From Phycisphaerae bacterium (GTDB taxonomy: Bacteria > Planctomycetota > Phycisphaerae > UBA1845 > DATKUK01), in contig DATKUK010000098.1 of the NCBI GenBank assembly GCA_035530655.1, forward strand, positions 4,652 through 68,651: a DNA stretch of 64,000 bases, read 5' to 3'. A program made the position numbers and the translations under genes. How positions within the stretch are numbered: position 1 is the first letter of the stretch; every line of letters begins with the position of its first letter. Below, one piece after another: positions 34,443-44,210 of the stretch. The notes below the pieces were generated by a model. That model made no database searches. It was not told the DNA's origin and saw only the letters and a list, made by a program, of their open reading frames with translations.

Positions 34443-36773
34443 TCACCCGACGTCGCGAAACTGCCGCTCGTACAACGTCTTGTACAGCGGGCAACTGGCT
34501 ACGAGCGTATCGTGGCTGCCCACCGCAATGATCTTGCCCTCGTCCATAACCACGATCTGATCCGCCTCGGCAATCGTGCTGAATCGATGCGCCACCACGA
34601 ACGTCGTCCGCCCGTGCATGATCTCGTGCAGCGCCTTCTGGATCTTCATCTCCGACTCGGAGTCCACCTGGCTGGTGGCCTCGTCGAAGATGAGGATCGC
34701 CGGGTCACGCAGAATCGCCCGGGCAATCGCCAGCCGCTGCCGCTGCCCGCCGCTGAGTGTCAGCGCCGAGATTATCGCGTCGTACCCCACCCCGACTTGC
34801 CCGTTGTGCTCGCCCTGCAGTTGCTGGATGAAGTCGTCGGCATAGGCAGCCCTGGCCGCCACCACGATTTGCTCGTCCGTCTTGTCCGGCTGGCCGTAGG
34901 CGATGTTGTTGCGGACCGTGTCGGTGAAGATCACCGTGTCCTGCGTCACCAAACCGATCTGACCTCGCAGGCTCGCCAGCGACACGTCGGCCAAGTCGGA
35001 TCCGTCAAAAAGCACCTGGCCCCGCTGCGGCTGGTAAAACCGCATCAGCAGAAGGCACAGCGTGGTCTTGCCCGACCCGTTCGGCCCGACAATGGCCGTG
35101 ACCTGGCCGGCTCGGACCTTCAGATTCACGCCGCGAAGGGCCGGCGTCTCCGGTCGGGCCGGATAGGCGAACCACACGTCACGAAACTCGATCCACTCCC
35201 GAAGCCTCGCCAGCGAGACGCGCCGCGTCGCCGTCTCCGGCGGCTCCTCCGAAGGCATGTCGACGACTGCGAACATTCGCTGGGCGGCCGCGTCGGCCTC
35301 CTGGAGGTGGTTGTTCACGTTGGCCAACTTGCGGATCGGGTCGAACATGGCCGCCAGACAAACCACCGACGCGATGAAGCTGCCGGCCAACCCACCCGCC
35401 GCAACGTCCTGCTTGAACACCAGGTATCCGGCAAACAGCACGAACGCTCCCACCGCCGTCACACCCACAAACTCCAGGATCGGTGAGGTGGCCGCGTCGA
35501 TCCGCGCGATCTTGAGTTGCTGGCGAAGAATGCGCCGCTGCTGGCGGAAAAAACGCACCCGCTCGCGGCGCTCGGTGTGGTAGGCCTTGACGATCTGAAT
35601 GCCGGCGATCTTCTCGTCCAACAGCTCGATCAGATGACCCCAGGCCATCAGCGACTTCTTCTGAGCGCGACGAATCCGCCGACCGAACTGCACGATCAGC
35701 ACCGCCGCCGCCGGCGTGGCTACCACCACCGACAGCACCAACTGCCAGTTCAGATACATCGCCAGCACGAACACCCCCACCGCCTTGAGCGGCTCGCGTA
35801 TCGTCTTGCCGAACAGCGAGCGCATGCCCTTGCGGATAACCTCCGAGTCGCGTGCAAAGCGCGACATCGTGTCGCCCGCCTGCTGTTGGCTGAACCACCC
35901 CATCGGCGCCTGCAATACGTGCGCGTAGGCCAGCGTCCGCATGTCCAGCAGGCCCCGCTCCGACACCAGTTCCACCATGTATTCGTGCGTAAACCGACTC
36001 ACCCCACCCAACAGCGAGAACACCAGCAGCGTGCCGATCACCAGCGCCAGCATCCGCATCCTGCTGACCAGCGTCAGCTCCCTCGGCAGCAGGGCCGCCA
36101 CGTCCAGCATGCGATGCTGACGCCATCCCAGCGACTCCGGCGTGATGTCCACCTGAGCTTGTCTGCCGTCGTCATACATCAGGTCGATCCGGGCTGGCCT
36201 GCCCTCCGGCAGCGCGCAGATGTGGCGGTATAGCTCCACATCCGTCCCGTGCTGCCCATTGATCGCGACGATCCGATCCACACGTGCCATACCGGCCAGG
36301 GGCGAGTTGGGATCCGCGTCGACCTTCAGCACTTTGATATAAGGCTTGGGCGGCACATCCTCGGGAAAGTCGCAGTCCAGCCGGTCCTCAGCGACGTGTC
36401 GGTACAGCCAGTCGCCCACCGTCTCATGCCGCGAGAACATCACCGTCAGGAACGGTATGATCGACGAGACAGTCAGGGTGTAGAAGATGCTCACGCCGAC
36501 CGCCGCCGCCAACCCCGTCGCCAGATAGCGGCGATGAGGCCAAATGTACCCCAGCGCACGGCGGAAGTACCGTAACCTAAGCTCTGAAACGTCTTTGCGC
36601 CTGCGGCTCAATGCAGCCAACCTCACAAGATCACTGGCGGACAGTCTACCGCCGCATCGCTCGGCTGTCACCGCAGCAGTCCGACCCGCCGCCCGAACGA
36701 CCGCTCTGCAGGTGATCGCGTCAGACTGCCCGCTGCGGGTCGCCCCTTGCGTTTCAAGCCTCCGAGAAAACAA
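34443..36773 (-). CDS. ABC exporter (fused permease-ATPase, MsbA-like) with a PDZ-like insertion in the first extracytoplasmic loop
   Basis: Type-I exporter TMD followed by an NBD with GPNGSGKTT, LSGGQRQRLAIARAIL and ILIFDEATSQVD. Between TM1 and TM2 lies IKVLKVDADPNSPLAGMARVDRIVAINGQHG...RIDLMYDDGRQAQVDITP. The true start is probably downstream of 36773; the N-terminal ~60 aa look non-native. Confidence 0.8.
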   Translation of the reverse strand: MFSRRLETQGATRSGQSDAITCRAVVRAAGRTAAVTAERCGGRLSASDLVRLAALSRRRKDVSELRLRYFRRALGYIWPHRRYLATGLAAAVGVSIFYTLTVSSIIPFLTVMFSRHETVGDWLYRHVAEDRLDCDFPEDVPPKPYIKVLKVDADPNSPLAGMARVDRIVAINGQHGTDVELYRHICALPEGRPARIDLMYDDGRQAQVDITPESLGWRQHRMLDVAALLPRELTLVSRMRMLALVIGTLLVFSLLGGVSRFTHEYMVELVSERGLLDMRTLAYAHVLQAPMGWFSQQQAGDTMSRFARDSEVIRKGMRSLFGKTIREPLKAVGVFVLAMYLNWQLVLSVVVATPAAAVLIVQFGRRIRRAQKKSLMAWGHLIELLDEKIAGIQIVKAYHTERRERVRFFRQQRRILRQQLKIARIDAATSPILEFVGVTAVGAFVLFAGYLVFKQDVAAGGLAGSFIASVVCLAAMFDPIRKLANVNNHLQEADAAAQRMFAVVDMPSEEPPETATRRVSLARLREWIEFRDVWFAYPARPETPALRGVNLKVRAGQVTAIVGPNGSGKTTLCLLLMRFYQPQRGQVLFDGSDLADVSLASLRGQIGLVTQDTVIFTDTVRNNIAYGQPDKTDEQIVVAARAAYADDFIQQLQGEHNGQVGVGYDAIISALTLSGGQRQRLAIARAILRDPAILIFDEATSQVDSESEMKIQKALHEIMHGRTTFVVAHRFSTIAEADQIVVMDEGKIIAVGSHDTLVASCPLYKTLYERQFRDVG

Positions 36774-37214
36774 GACTTACGTGGTAGCAGCGAAGTCGTG
36801 CTCGCCGTTCGGCATGCGTGGCCGGACGGGGTCAGGGGGGCGCCGACATATCACATCCGTATCACCCCACGTTCCGCGCCGAACTCGCGGAACCGTATTG
36901 CCGCCATACCCTCTCGGGCAGGAGCGCGAGCATACGCGAGGCCCCCAGACCCCTTGCATATCCAAACCGGCGCATCTACGATACGGTTATATCGTTTTGG
37001 GGCGGGAGCATTATCCGCCACCGGGAGGTGTTCCGCCGGACCTTGGGCGAAGGCGGGTATTACCAAGACGTGAAGCGTTCGCAGCACGTCTCACCGGGAC
37101 GCATGACAGCGTGAGACGGTCGACGGGGCACTAACCAGCGGAGTTGACTCGCGCGGCGGGGCGGGGTGCTTGGTGCCTGAGGAGAACTGGGAAGTCGCCA
37201 CTGAGGCAAAACAC

Positions 37215-40200
37215 ATGCGTGTGTTCATCAGCCACTCGTCGAAGGACAAGCCCCAGGTGGAGGTGCTTGCCTTGGCTCTTCGCGAGCGGGGCATTGAAGT
37301 CTGGCTGGACAAGTGGGAGATCGGGCCCGGGGACGACATCGTTGCCCGGATCAACGCCGGGCTGGAGGAGGCCACGGCGGGGCTGATCGTCTTTTCCAAG
37401 CACTCGCGAGAAAGCCGATGGGTCGAGGCGGAGACAAGCTACCTCACCTACGCGCGCATCAACGAGGGCAAAGTCCTGATTCCGGTCAAGGCCGGGGGCG
37501 ACGCCTTTGTCCCCCCGCTGCTGCGACCGCTGGCTTACCGCGGGATTGAAGAGGTTGAGGCCATCGCTGACGCTCTCCAGGGGAGAAGGCCAAGCAGACC
37601 ACCTGCTCGGACAAGGGACGAGCACAGAGTCGAGCGGGTTGTCATAGCTCTGCAACGCGAGGGGCAAGCCGGTGTTCAAGTGGACGTGCACATCGGCCAG
37701 GAGCAGTACGCGAGCCGGCCTCTGGCCGCGCTTCCGCGTGAGGTAACCAGAGGGCGCGACGCGTTTCTTCGGGGCTTCCGCTTGGGGCTTCGCCGGGATC
37801 CGGCCACGGCCGAGCGCGCGTCGCTCGAGTCCTCGGTGGTCGAGCTGGGGCGTGCGCTCTGCGGAGTTTGCCTGCCCGGCGATGCCGCTGAAGCCTTGCT
37901 CAACATGGTGGACGGCTGCCCGGTCGGGACGACGGTGGAAGTGTGGTTCGAGGCCAGTGACCCGGAGCTGCTCGGGCTGCCGTTCGAGACTCTTCGGCTG
38001 CCCGGCGACCGCCTGCTGGCGACCGTGCCTTCGGTGGTAATGGCGCGCCGGCCGATCGGGCTGCAGCACGCATACCGTCAGCCCCTGCCCGGCCCGCTCA
38101 AGATCCTCATCGCCGTGGCTGCTCCGGATGAAGAGCTGACCACCTCGGTGGTGCTCGACCAGGAGCGGGAACTCCAGAACATCCTGGACGCGACCGAGGC
38201 GGCGCAGCGCAGTGAAAACGTCGAGGTCCGCATCCTCGAGGTGGGTCATCCTGAGGTGATGGCGGCGGCGATAGAACGAGACTCTTATCACGTCCTGCAC
38301 ATCTCTTGCCACGGCATGCCGGGCAGGCTGGAACTCGAGGATGAGGAAGGTCGCGCCGTGCTCACAACCGCGGGGGAGCTGCTCGAGCCCATCCGCGAGG
38401 CGGGGGGCCCGCTGCCGCTGGTTTTCCTGAACGCCTGCCATGGTGGCGTCGAGGGTGGGCAAACCGCGAGCCTGGCCGAGGAGCTTCTGCGCGCCGGCGT
38501 TCCCTGCGTGCTGGCCATGCAGACGTCGGTGAGCGACTACTACGCAACCCAACTCGCCCGCGCATTCTACGAACACCTGGCACGCCGGGAGATCTTGCTG
38601 CCGAGCCGGGCCCTGGCTCAGGCCCGAAAGGACCTCGAAAAGGCGCGGCGCCGAGCGGTCGAGCGAGGCGAACCGATCGAGCAGACCCAGCCCGAATACG
38701 CCACCGCCACGCTCTTTGTCGCAGGCGACCACGAGCCGCAGCTTGGCGACTTCGCGCGCGACAAGGAGCCCCTGAGCGAGCGCCCCGTACACGACATGAC
38801 CGGCCCGGTCCCGCAACTTCGCATCGACGACCTGATCGGCCGCCGCAACGAGCTGCGCCAGACGCTCCGACCCCTGCGCGACCAGACAACCGCACATGCA
38901 GGCGTGGTGCTCACCGGAATCGGCGGCGTGGGGAAAAGTGCGGTCGCGGGCCGGGCGATGCGGAGACTGGCGGAGAGCGGCTTCCTTGTGGCCGCCCACG
39001 TCGGGCCGTGGGACCTGGAACGGATCGCCGTCGCCGTGGGCACCGCGCTGGTCCGCGACGGTCGCGATGAGCTAAAGGCGCTCGGTAAGATTCTCGTGCA
39101 ACCGAGCCTCGACGACCGCGTGCGCCGGCAACTGCTTGCGGGGCTTCTCGCGGCCGAGCCCCTGGTTCTCGTCCTTGACGACTTTGAGATGAACCTCACG
39201 GAGGGCGGCGCGGCCTTTCGCGACCCGGCCGTCGCCGAGTACCTCGGCGAGCTTCTTGAATCTGCCCGGCGCGGTCGTCTGCTGTTGACCTGCCGCCACC
39301 CGGTGCCCGGCACCGAGGCGCACCTGCGGCGGATCCGCATCGGTCCCTTGAGTCCCGCCGAGAGTCGCAAGCTCCTGCGGCGCCTCGACCAGCTCAGCGG
39401 GCGCGATCCCGCGGAACTCGCCCTGGTGCTGCGCGTGATCGGCGGGCATCCCCGCATGCTCGAGTTTCTCGACGGGGTGCTCCGGGGCGGGACGGGACGT
39501 CTGCCCCACGTCACAACGAAGCTGCGCAAGACGATGCAGGCCGCCCAGGTCGATCTCGACGGCGGGTCCCGGGATCTGGAGGAGGGTATTCAGCAGGCGC
39601 TGCTCCTGGGGGCCCGCGATGTGCTGTTGGAAGAGCTGCTCGACATCAGCCGGGCCGAGGACTTGGAGAGCGTGCTTCTCCAGACCGCCGTGTCGAACCT
39701 ACCCGTCAGCCCTGCCGGCCTGGCGCACATGCTGGCCGATGGCCCGGCCGAGAATCTCGCTGCCGTCGAGAGCAGGCTGCATCGTTTGGAGGAGCTTTCC
39801 CTCATGTTTCGCTTCCCTGACGGGTCGGGGTGGGTGCACCGTTGGACGGCCGAGGGCCTCGCCCGACTCGTGCCCGATCAGGAATACCGCTGGCGTGCCA
39901 ACCGCGCCGGGCGCTACCGCTCGTGGCGGGTCGAGCACGAGAGCCACAGTCTCGAGGACGGCTGGGAGGCCGTGCGAAACCACCTCGTCGGCCGCGACTT
40001 CGACGCGGCAACGGGGGTCGCCTTCACCTGTTTCGATGCCCTCCGCCGCTTCAACCAAACCACCGCCATTGCCGCCCTGGCGGGTGAGGTGTTGGAGGTT
40101 CTGCCTCTGGATCATCCGAACTACGGGCCCGTGGCCGACCAGGAGGGGCAAGCCCATCTCGCCCTGGGGTTCGTAACGCTTGCGGTCGAGCGGTACGAAA

Positions 40201-40577
40201 GCCTTTTGCGCCTTCACAAGGAACGAGCGGAGTCCGAGCCCGATCGCGCGGACTACCAGCGGGACCTGTCGGTGTCGTACAACAAGGTGGGCGACCTGTA
40301 CCAGAGTTTGGGCCAGGGCGAGAAGGCGAGGGAGGCCTACCTCAACTCGCTGCAGATTGCCGAGCGCCTCGCGGAGTCCGAGCCCGATCGCGCGGACTAC
40401 CAGGTAGACCTGGCCAGCTCGTTGGTAAGGGTGGCGCTAACGGGAGCGAGTGAGCGGCAGAAGGGACTCAAGCGCGCACTGTCGATCTTGACAGCTCTGC
40501 GAGACCAGGAGCGACTGGCACCCGTTGACGAGGGCAAGATCGCCGCACTCGAGCAGATGATACAGGGCGGCGGCTAG
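37215..40577 (+). CDS. TIR - CHAT (caspase-like protease) - STAND P-loop NTPase - TPR multidomain protein
   Basis: ATG 37215 (MRVFISHSS; GAGG about 8 nt upstream). Numbering is from the track start at 37170. TIR is aa 16-~135: FISHSSKDK...GIEVWLD...LIVFSKHSRESRWVEAE. CHAT is ~aa 265-520, with HISCHG (His381) and FLNACHGG (Cys423). NTPase: GIGGVGKS (583-590), LVLVLDDFE (665-673), GGHPRML. The C-terminal TPR region has duplicated AESEPDRADYQ.DL units. Confidence 0.85.
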   Translation: MRVFISHSSKDKPQVEVLALALRERGIEVWLDKWEIGPGDDIVARINAGLEEATAGLIVFSKHSRESRWVEAETSYLTYARINEGKVLIPVKAGGDAFVPPLLRPLAYRGIEEVEAIADALQGRRPSRPPARTRDEHRVERVVIALQREGQAGVQVDVHIGQEQYASRPLAALPREVTRGRDAFLRGFRLGLRRDPATAERASLESSVVELGRALCGVCLPGDAAEALLNMVDGCPVGTTVEVWFEASDPELLGLPFETLRLPGDRLLATVPSVVMARRPIGLQHAYRQPLPGPLKILIAVAAPDEELTTSVVLDQERELQNILDATEAAQRSENVEVRILEVGHPEVMAAAIERDSYHVLHISCHGMPGRLELEDEEGRAVLTTAGELLEPIREAGGPLPLVFLNACHGGVEGGQTASLAEELLRAGVPCVLAMQTSVSDYYATQLARAFYEHLARREILLPSRALAQARKDLEKARRRAVERGEPIEQTQPEYATATLFVAGDHEPQLGDFARDKEPLSERPVHDMTGPVPQLRIDDLIGRRNELRQTLRPLRDQTTAHAGVVLTGIGGVGKSAVAGRAMRRLAESGFLVAAHVGPWDLERIAVAVGTALVRDGRDELKALGKILVQPSLDDRVRRQLLAGLLAAEPLVLVLDDFEMNLTEGGAAFRDPAVAEYLGELLESARRGRLLLTCRHPVPGTEAHLRRIRIGPLSPAESRKLLRRLDQLSGRDPAELALVLRVIGGHPRMLEFLDGVLRGGTGRLPHVTTKLRKTMQAAQVDLDGGSRDLEEGIQQALLLGARDVLLEELLDISRAEDLESVLLQTAVSNLPVSPAGLAHMLADGPAENLAAVESRLHRLEELSLMFRFPDGSGWVHRWTAEGLARLVPDQEYRWRANRAGRYRSWRVEHESHSLEDGWEAVRNHLVGRDFDAATGVAFTCFDALRRFNQTTAIAALAGEVLEVLPLDHPNYGPVADQEGQAHLALGFVTLAVERYESLLRLHKERAESEPDRADYQRDLSVSYNKVGDLYQSLGQGEKAREAYLNSLQIAERLAESEPDRADYQVDLASSLVRVALTGASERQKGLKRALSILTALRDQERLAPVDEGKIAALEQMIQGGG

Positions 40578-40804
40578 GTCGTGGCACGTCGGTCCAGTAT
40601 CGAACGGCGGCGGAACCGATCGGTACGCGCAACGCAGGCCCCTTCCCCTATCGCATTGTAATTCCGCTAAAGGCAACAGGTTCTGCGGGAACCTGCGGCC
40701 GGGTGCACAGTTGGCCCGGCCCAGGACTGTTGCCTCAGATAAGCCTAAGCGCGTCGCATGGCCTCCTGAGCTCTTTGAGACGCACGTGACGCTTCGGCTG
40801 TGTT

Positions 40805-41254
40805 TCAAAGACCCGCCCGATCCAGACGGTGAATGAAGCTCTGCTTCCTGGCGTGTCGGCTTCGGATTTCTTGCGTGTAAACGGCAAATCGGCTCGTTTG
40901 CTTCGCCAGCGACCAGCAGTTCATCCCGATTAATGCCTTGGGCGACGAGAGCGCCACCTCGACAACCTGCTCGACGATCTCCGAGAAGAACTTCCGCGGC
41001 TCGCCGTGAGCACAATAGTAGGGATACCAACTGATGGCGGGAACCCCACCGTCATTGAATCGGCGAATGATCTGCCGAACCCATACGTCGCTGTATCCGA
41101 CCCGCCAGGCGATCTCGGCGTTGGACACGCCACCGCCACTCAGCAGAATGACGCGGGCGTGGCGACTGTTGACAGGATTGGTGCACTGGCGTTTCATACG
41201 ATGCAGCTTCTGACGCTCATACGGGTTGGGCCTCCGTGCCCTGACTTTGACCAT
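40805..41254 (-). pseudogene. IS630-family transposase remnant (N-terminal HTH part only)
   Basis: 149 aa. ...RHARVILLSGGGVSNAEIAWRVGYSDVWVRQIIRRFNDGG... plus a second HTH-like segment. The ORF stops where the DDE domain should begin. No inverted repeats were found. Confidence 0.6.
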
Positions 41255-41386
41255 TGCAGGTCTCCTCGTGATGAACTGCGGTGCTTCTCAACACGCGGAG
41301 ACCCTATATATTGCCCATAACCCGTGGGCGCAAGTGCCTGTCTTAACAGCAATGACGACGACATAACTCTCAAACCGAAAGCGGCA

Positions 41387-42616
41387 CTAGTCGGCGTGTG
41401 GCGCGAAAGGCGCTTCGTACTCCACGCGCAGGTCGTTCTCGCCGACTTGCAGCGGGTGGGTGATATTCGCACGGACGGCGAGGTGGCGCTCGCCCTGGTC
41501 GATCACGTAGCCGCTGGAGGGACACGGGCTGAGCGGCTGGCCGTTGAAGAGCAGGGCTTTGATGCGGGCCCGTGGGTCGAGGCGGAGCTGTAGGACGATG
41601 CCGGCCGGCGGATCGGCGATCTTGTTGTTGACCTGCACGCGGACGGTGGCGACGTGGCCGGGGTCGGCCGGGAGCCGCGAGACGTTGAAGATCCCGCCCT
41701 CGAGGATGGCGCGGGCGGTCTTGCGGCGGTTGACGCGGCGCTGCCGGCAGTCGGCGCCGTAGGCCATGAGGCAGCCGACGGGCGAACCGGCGATCAGGTC
41801 GCAGGGATATCCTCGGTAGGGCTGGTGCCGGTCTTGGCGGTCGCCGACGCGCACCAACGTCGAAAGCCGCGCCACGGCCGAGCGGATCGAATCTTCGAGC
41901 GGGTAGTAGTTCTCCGTCGTCTCGACGGTGTAGGTCAGGGCGTTGTCCTCGGCCAACAGGCGCAGGAAGAGCGAGTCCTGGTGCTGCTCGCCGGCGCGCA
42001 GCGGGACGATGTGACAGAAACGCTGCGGGTAACCGAGGGCCTCGGCTGCGGCGTCCATCTCGTGGCTGACGGCCAGGCTCGCCAGGAACAGCCCGTTGCG
42101 GCCGGCGAGCATGGGGACGTATTGGCTGTCGCCGATCGCACCGCCGGCCAGGCCGTGGACATCGGCGTAGCAGTCGGGGATCCAGTGCTGTGCGACGGCG
42201 TAGGCGGCGCGGGCCTCGGGCGTGGTCGGTTCCTTGCCGAGCGGAAAGGCCTGGTAAATGTTGACGTCCTGCGCGTTGTGGTAGGTGTTGCGGACCGCGC
42301 CGTCGGGGTTGAGGCAGGGGCATATGAGGATCACCTGCGTGCGCAGATGTCGCGAGCCGTCGTTGGTGAGCAGCCAGCGGGCCAGGGCAAGGACGGCAGC
42401 GCGGCCGACCTCCTCGCTTCCGTGCGTGCCGCCGGTGAAGAAGGCGACGGACTTCTGCTCGACGGACACAGCCGGGTCGGTAAGAGTGAGCAGCGGGATG
42501 GGTCGTCCCTCAAACGACTTGCCCATGTCCTCGAACGTGCAGTAACCGGGTACCTGGCGGGCAAGGGCCTGGCATTCACTCATGACCTCTTCATAGGTTG
42601 GCCTGGTTGCGGGCAT
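41387..42616 (-). CDS. M14-family zinc carboxypeptidase
   Basis: 409 aa. GKSFEGRPIPLL, FFTGGTHGSEEVG (HxxE zinc ligands) and CLNPDG are in M14 order. The overlapping P/R-rich ORF 41370..42323 is a shadow. Confidence 0.8.
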   Translation of the reverse strand: MPATRPTYEEVMSECQALARQVPGYCTFEDMGKSFEGRPIPLLTLTDPAVSVEQKSVAFFTGGTHGSEEVGRAAVLALARWLLTNDGSRHLRTQVILICPCLNPDGAVRNTYHNAQDVNIYQAFPLGKEPTTPEARAAYAVAQHWIPDCYADVHGLAGGAIGDSQYVPMLAGRNGLFLASLAVSHEMDAAAEALGYPQRFCHIVPLRAGEQHQDSLFLRLLAEDNALTYTVETTENYYPLEDSIRSAVARLSTLVRVGDRQDRHQPYRGYPCDLIAGSPVGCLMAYGADCRQRRVNRRKTARAILEGGIFNVSRLPADPGHVATVRVQVNNKIADPPAGIVLQLRLDPRARIKALLFNGQPLSPCPSSGYVIDQGERHLAVRANITHPLQVGENDLRVEYEAPFAPHAD

Positions 42617-42809
42617 TGCAGACCTCCAAGCGGCGATGACGGCGCAACGTGGCAGCCGCGCCGTCTGTTGTGCGAACGATGTTCATCCTAGCCGATGGTG
42701 CGACTTTGGGAAGTAGCTACTGGGCAGACGGACGCACATTAGATCCAAGGTAGGTTGACGAAAAGGAAAGTACTGATAGGACGGTGGTCGGCCTGCGATC
42801 TTAAGTCGG

Positions 42810-44210
42810 TCATCGGCGGAATTCTGCTATGGCCCGCTCAAGAACCGGATCACGTCCGGTCGCCACATCTTCGACAGTCGGTTTTGCCAGGACATCCGGC
42901 TGAATGCCCATGCCGATGAATTCAGATTTGTCGGGCAAGAGCATGTAGCGGGTACAGACACGGAACGATCCGCCCCCGGGCAATTCGAGCATCAGTGGAT
43001 TGCCTGTGCTTCCGCATGTGGGTTCGCCGATGGTCTTTGCGCGCCCTCCGACTGCCAGCGGACCGACGAAATCCTCCGCGGCGCTGGCCGTAGCGGCTGA
43101 TATCAGCAGGACGAGTTCTCCCAGGAAGCTTGGTGTATTTATCGCCGGGGTCAATGATGGCATTTGGACTACTTCCCACGTGACGCCGGTCCCGTTCTCG
43201 CCACGGCCCCACCCGCGCAGCGCCGGAGCATAGGTGGCCCGCCGTTCGACCATACCCGGCAGATCCGTCTTGATAAGGCGTTGGATGATGCGATCACCGT
43301 TGCCACTGTTGCCCCCGCTGTTGCCCCGCAGATCGATGATGAGACCGTCTATCTGGCCAAGCGAGGTCAGCGCCTCGTCGAACTGCCGGACCACCTCACT
43401 GTCGCTGAAGCTGCTGATTTTCACGTATCCAATGTTCCGGGCGATACGGCGAGTCGTGATACGGCCATCGCGGCTGAGCGGGTTGTAAAGGGTCCAAGGC
43501 GTTTGCCCGCTTTGCTCTTTCCGGCTCCAGCGACATGTGTACAGCCGTCCATCAGGTTTACGCAAAGTTACTTCGACAGCCGTGCCTCTCGCGCCTCGAA
43601 GTAGCCTCGACGCGGTATCCAAGCGGCGACCGTGATCGGTGGCTGAGGGAAGATACGGGATAATGTGTGCCGCCGCATAGGCGCCAACGGGTGTTCCGTC
43701 TACCTCCACCAGCGCGTCGCCCAGAGCCAACTGACCTCGGGACTCCGCATCGACGGCGTAGCCGACAACCACATACTGATCGGCGACGTACCAAAGCCGC
43801 ACCGGTGGAGAAACATCTTCCTGTTTTCGAAGACGGGACGGTGGAGTAACACTTACATGGGGATCATGCGCGAGTGCAACGAACGCCTGTAGCCGCCGGT
43901 AATACTCCCAATCAGACTGCTCGGGCAGCACCTGCGCAATTCGTCGACGGAACTCTGTGTCCCAGTCAAGCTCGCCCAGGCGATGCCACATCGGATAGTT
44001 GTACTTGACCTCCGACCAGATCAGCGCGAGTCCCCCAACCCTATCCTGAGCCGAGAGCGTTGACGCTTCGGTTCGGAGCTGACCGGCGGTCGGCGCCGTG
44101 GTAGGCCCAGACCAAGCCGGTCCGGGCAGCGCCACGAGCACAACCAGAACGGAAAGCACTTCCGTCCACTGTCCGCGAATCATCCTCGTCTTCTGCAACC
44201 AGGCACCCAC
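42810..44210 (-). CDS. S41-family (C-terminal processing / tail-specific) peptidase
   Basis: 466 aa with a signal-like N-terminus. LIIDLRGNSGGNSG and ...LISAATASAAEDF... are typical of S41. Confidence 0.8.
   Translation of the reverse strand: MGAWLQKTRMIRGQWTEVLSVLVVLVALPGPAWSGPTTAPTAGQLRTEASTLSAQDRVGGLALIWSEVKYNYPMWHRLGELDWDTEFRRRIAQVLPEQSDWEYYRRLQAFVALAHDPHVSVTPPSRLRKQEDVSPPVRLWYVADQYVVVGYAVDAESRGQLALGDALVEVDGTPVGAYAAAHIIPYLPSATDHGRRLDTASRLLRGARGTAVEVTLRKPDGRLYTCRWSRKEQSGQTPWTLYNPLSRDGRITTRRIARNIGYVKISSFSDSEVVRQFDEALTSLGQIDGLIIDLRGNSGGNSGNGDRIIQRLIKTDLPGMVERRATYAPALRGWGRGENGTGVTWEVVQMPSLTPAINTPSFLGELVLLISAATASAAEDFVGPLAVGGRAKTIGEPTCGSTGNPLMLELPGGGSFRVCTRYMLLPDKSEFIGMGIQPDVLAKPTVEDVATGRDPVLERAIAEFRR

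Noticed and set aside
37131-38999. 622-aa minus-strand ORF overlapping the TIR-CHAT gene
   Set aside because: It is antisense to a frame with clear TIR, CHAT and P-loop motifs. Its translation is R/G/A/P-rich with no recognisable motifs. This is a typical high-G+C shadow ORF.
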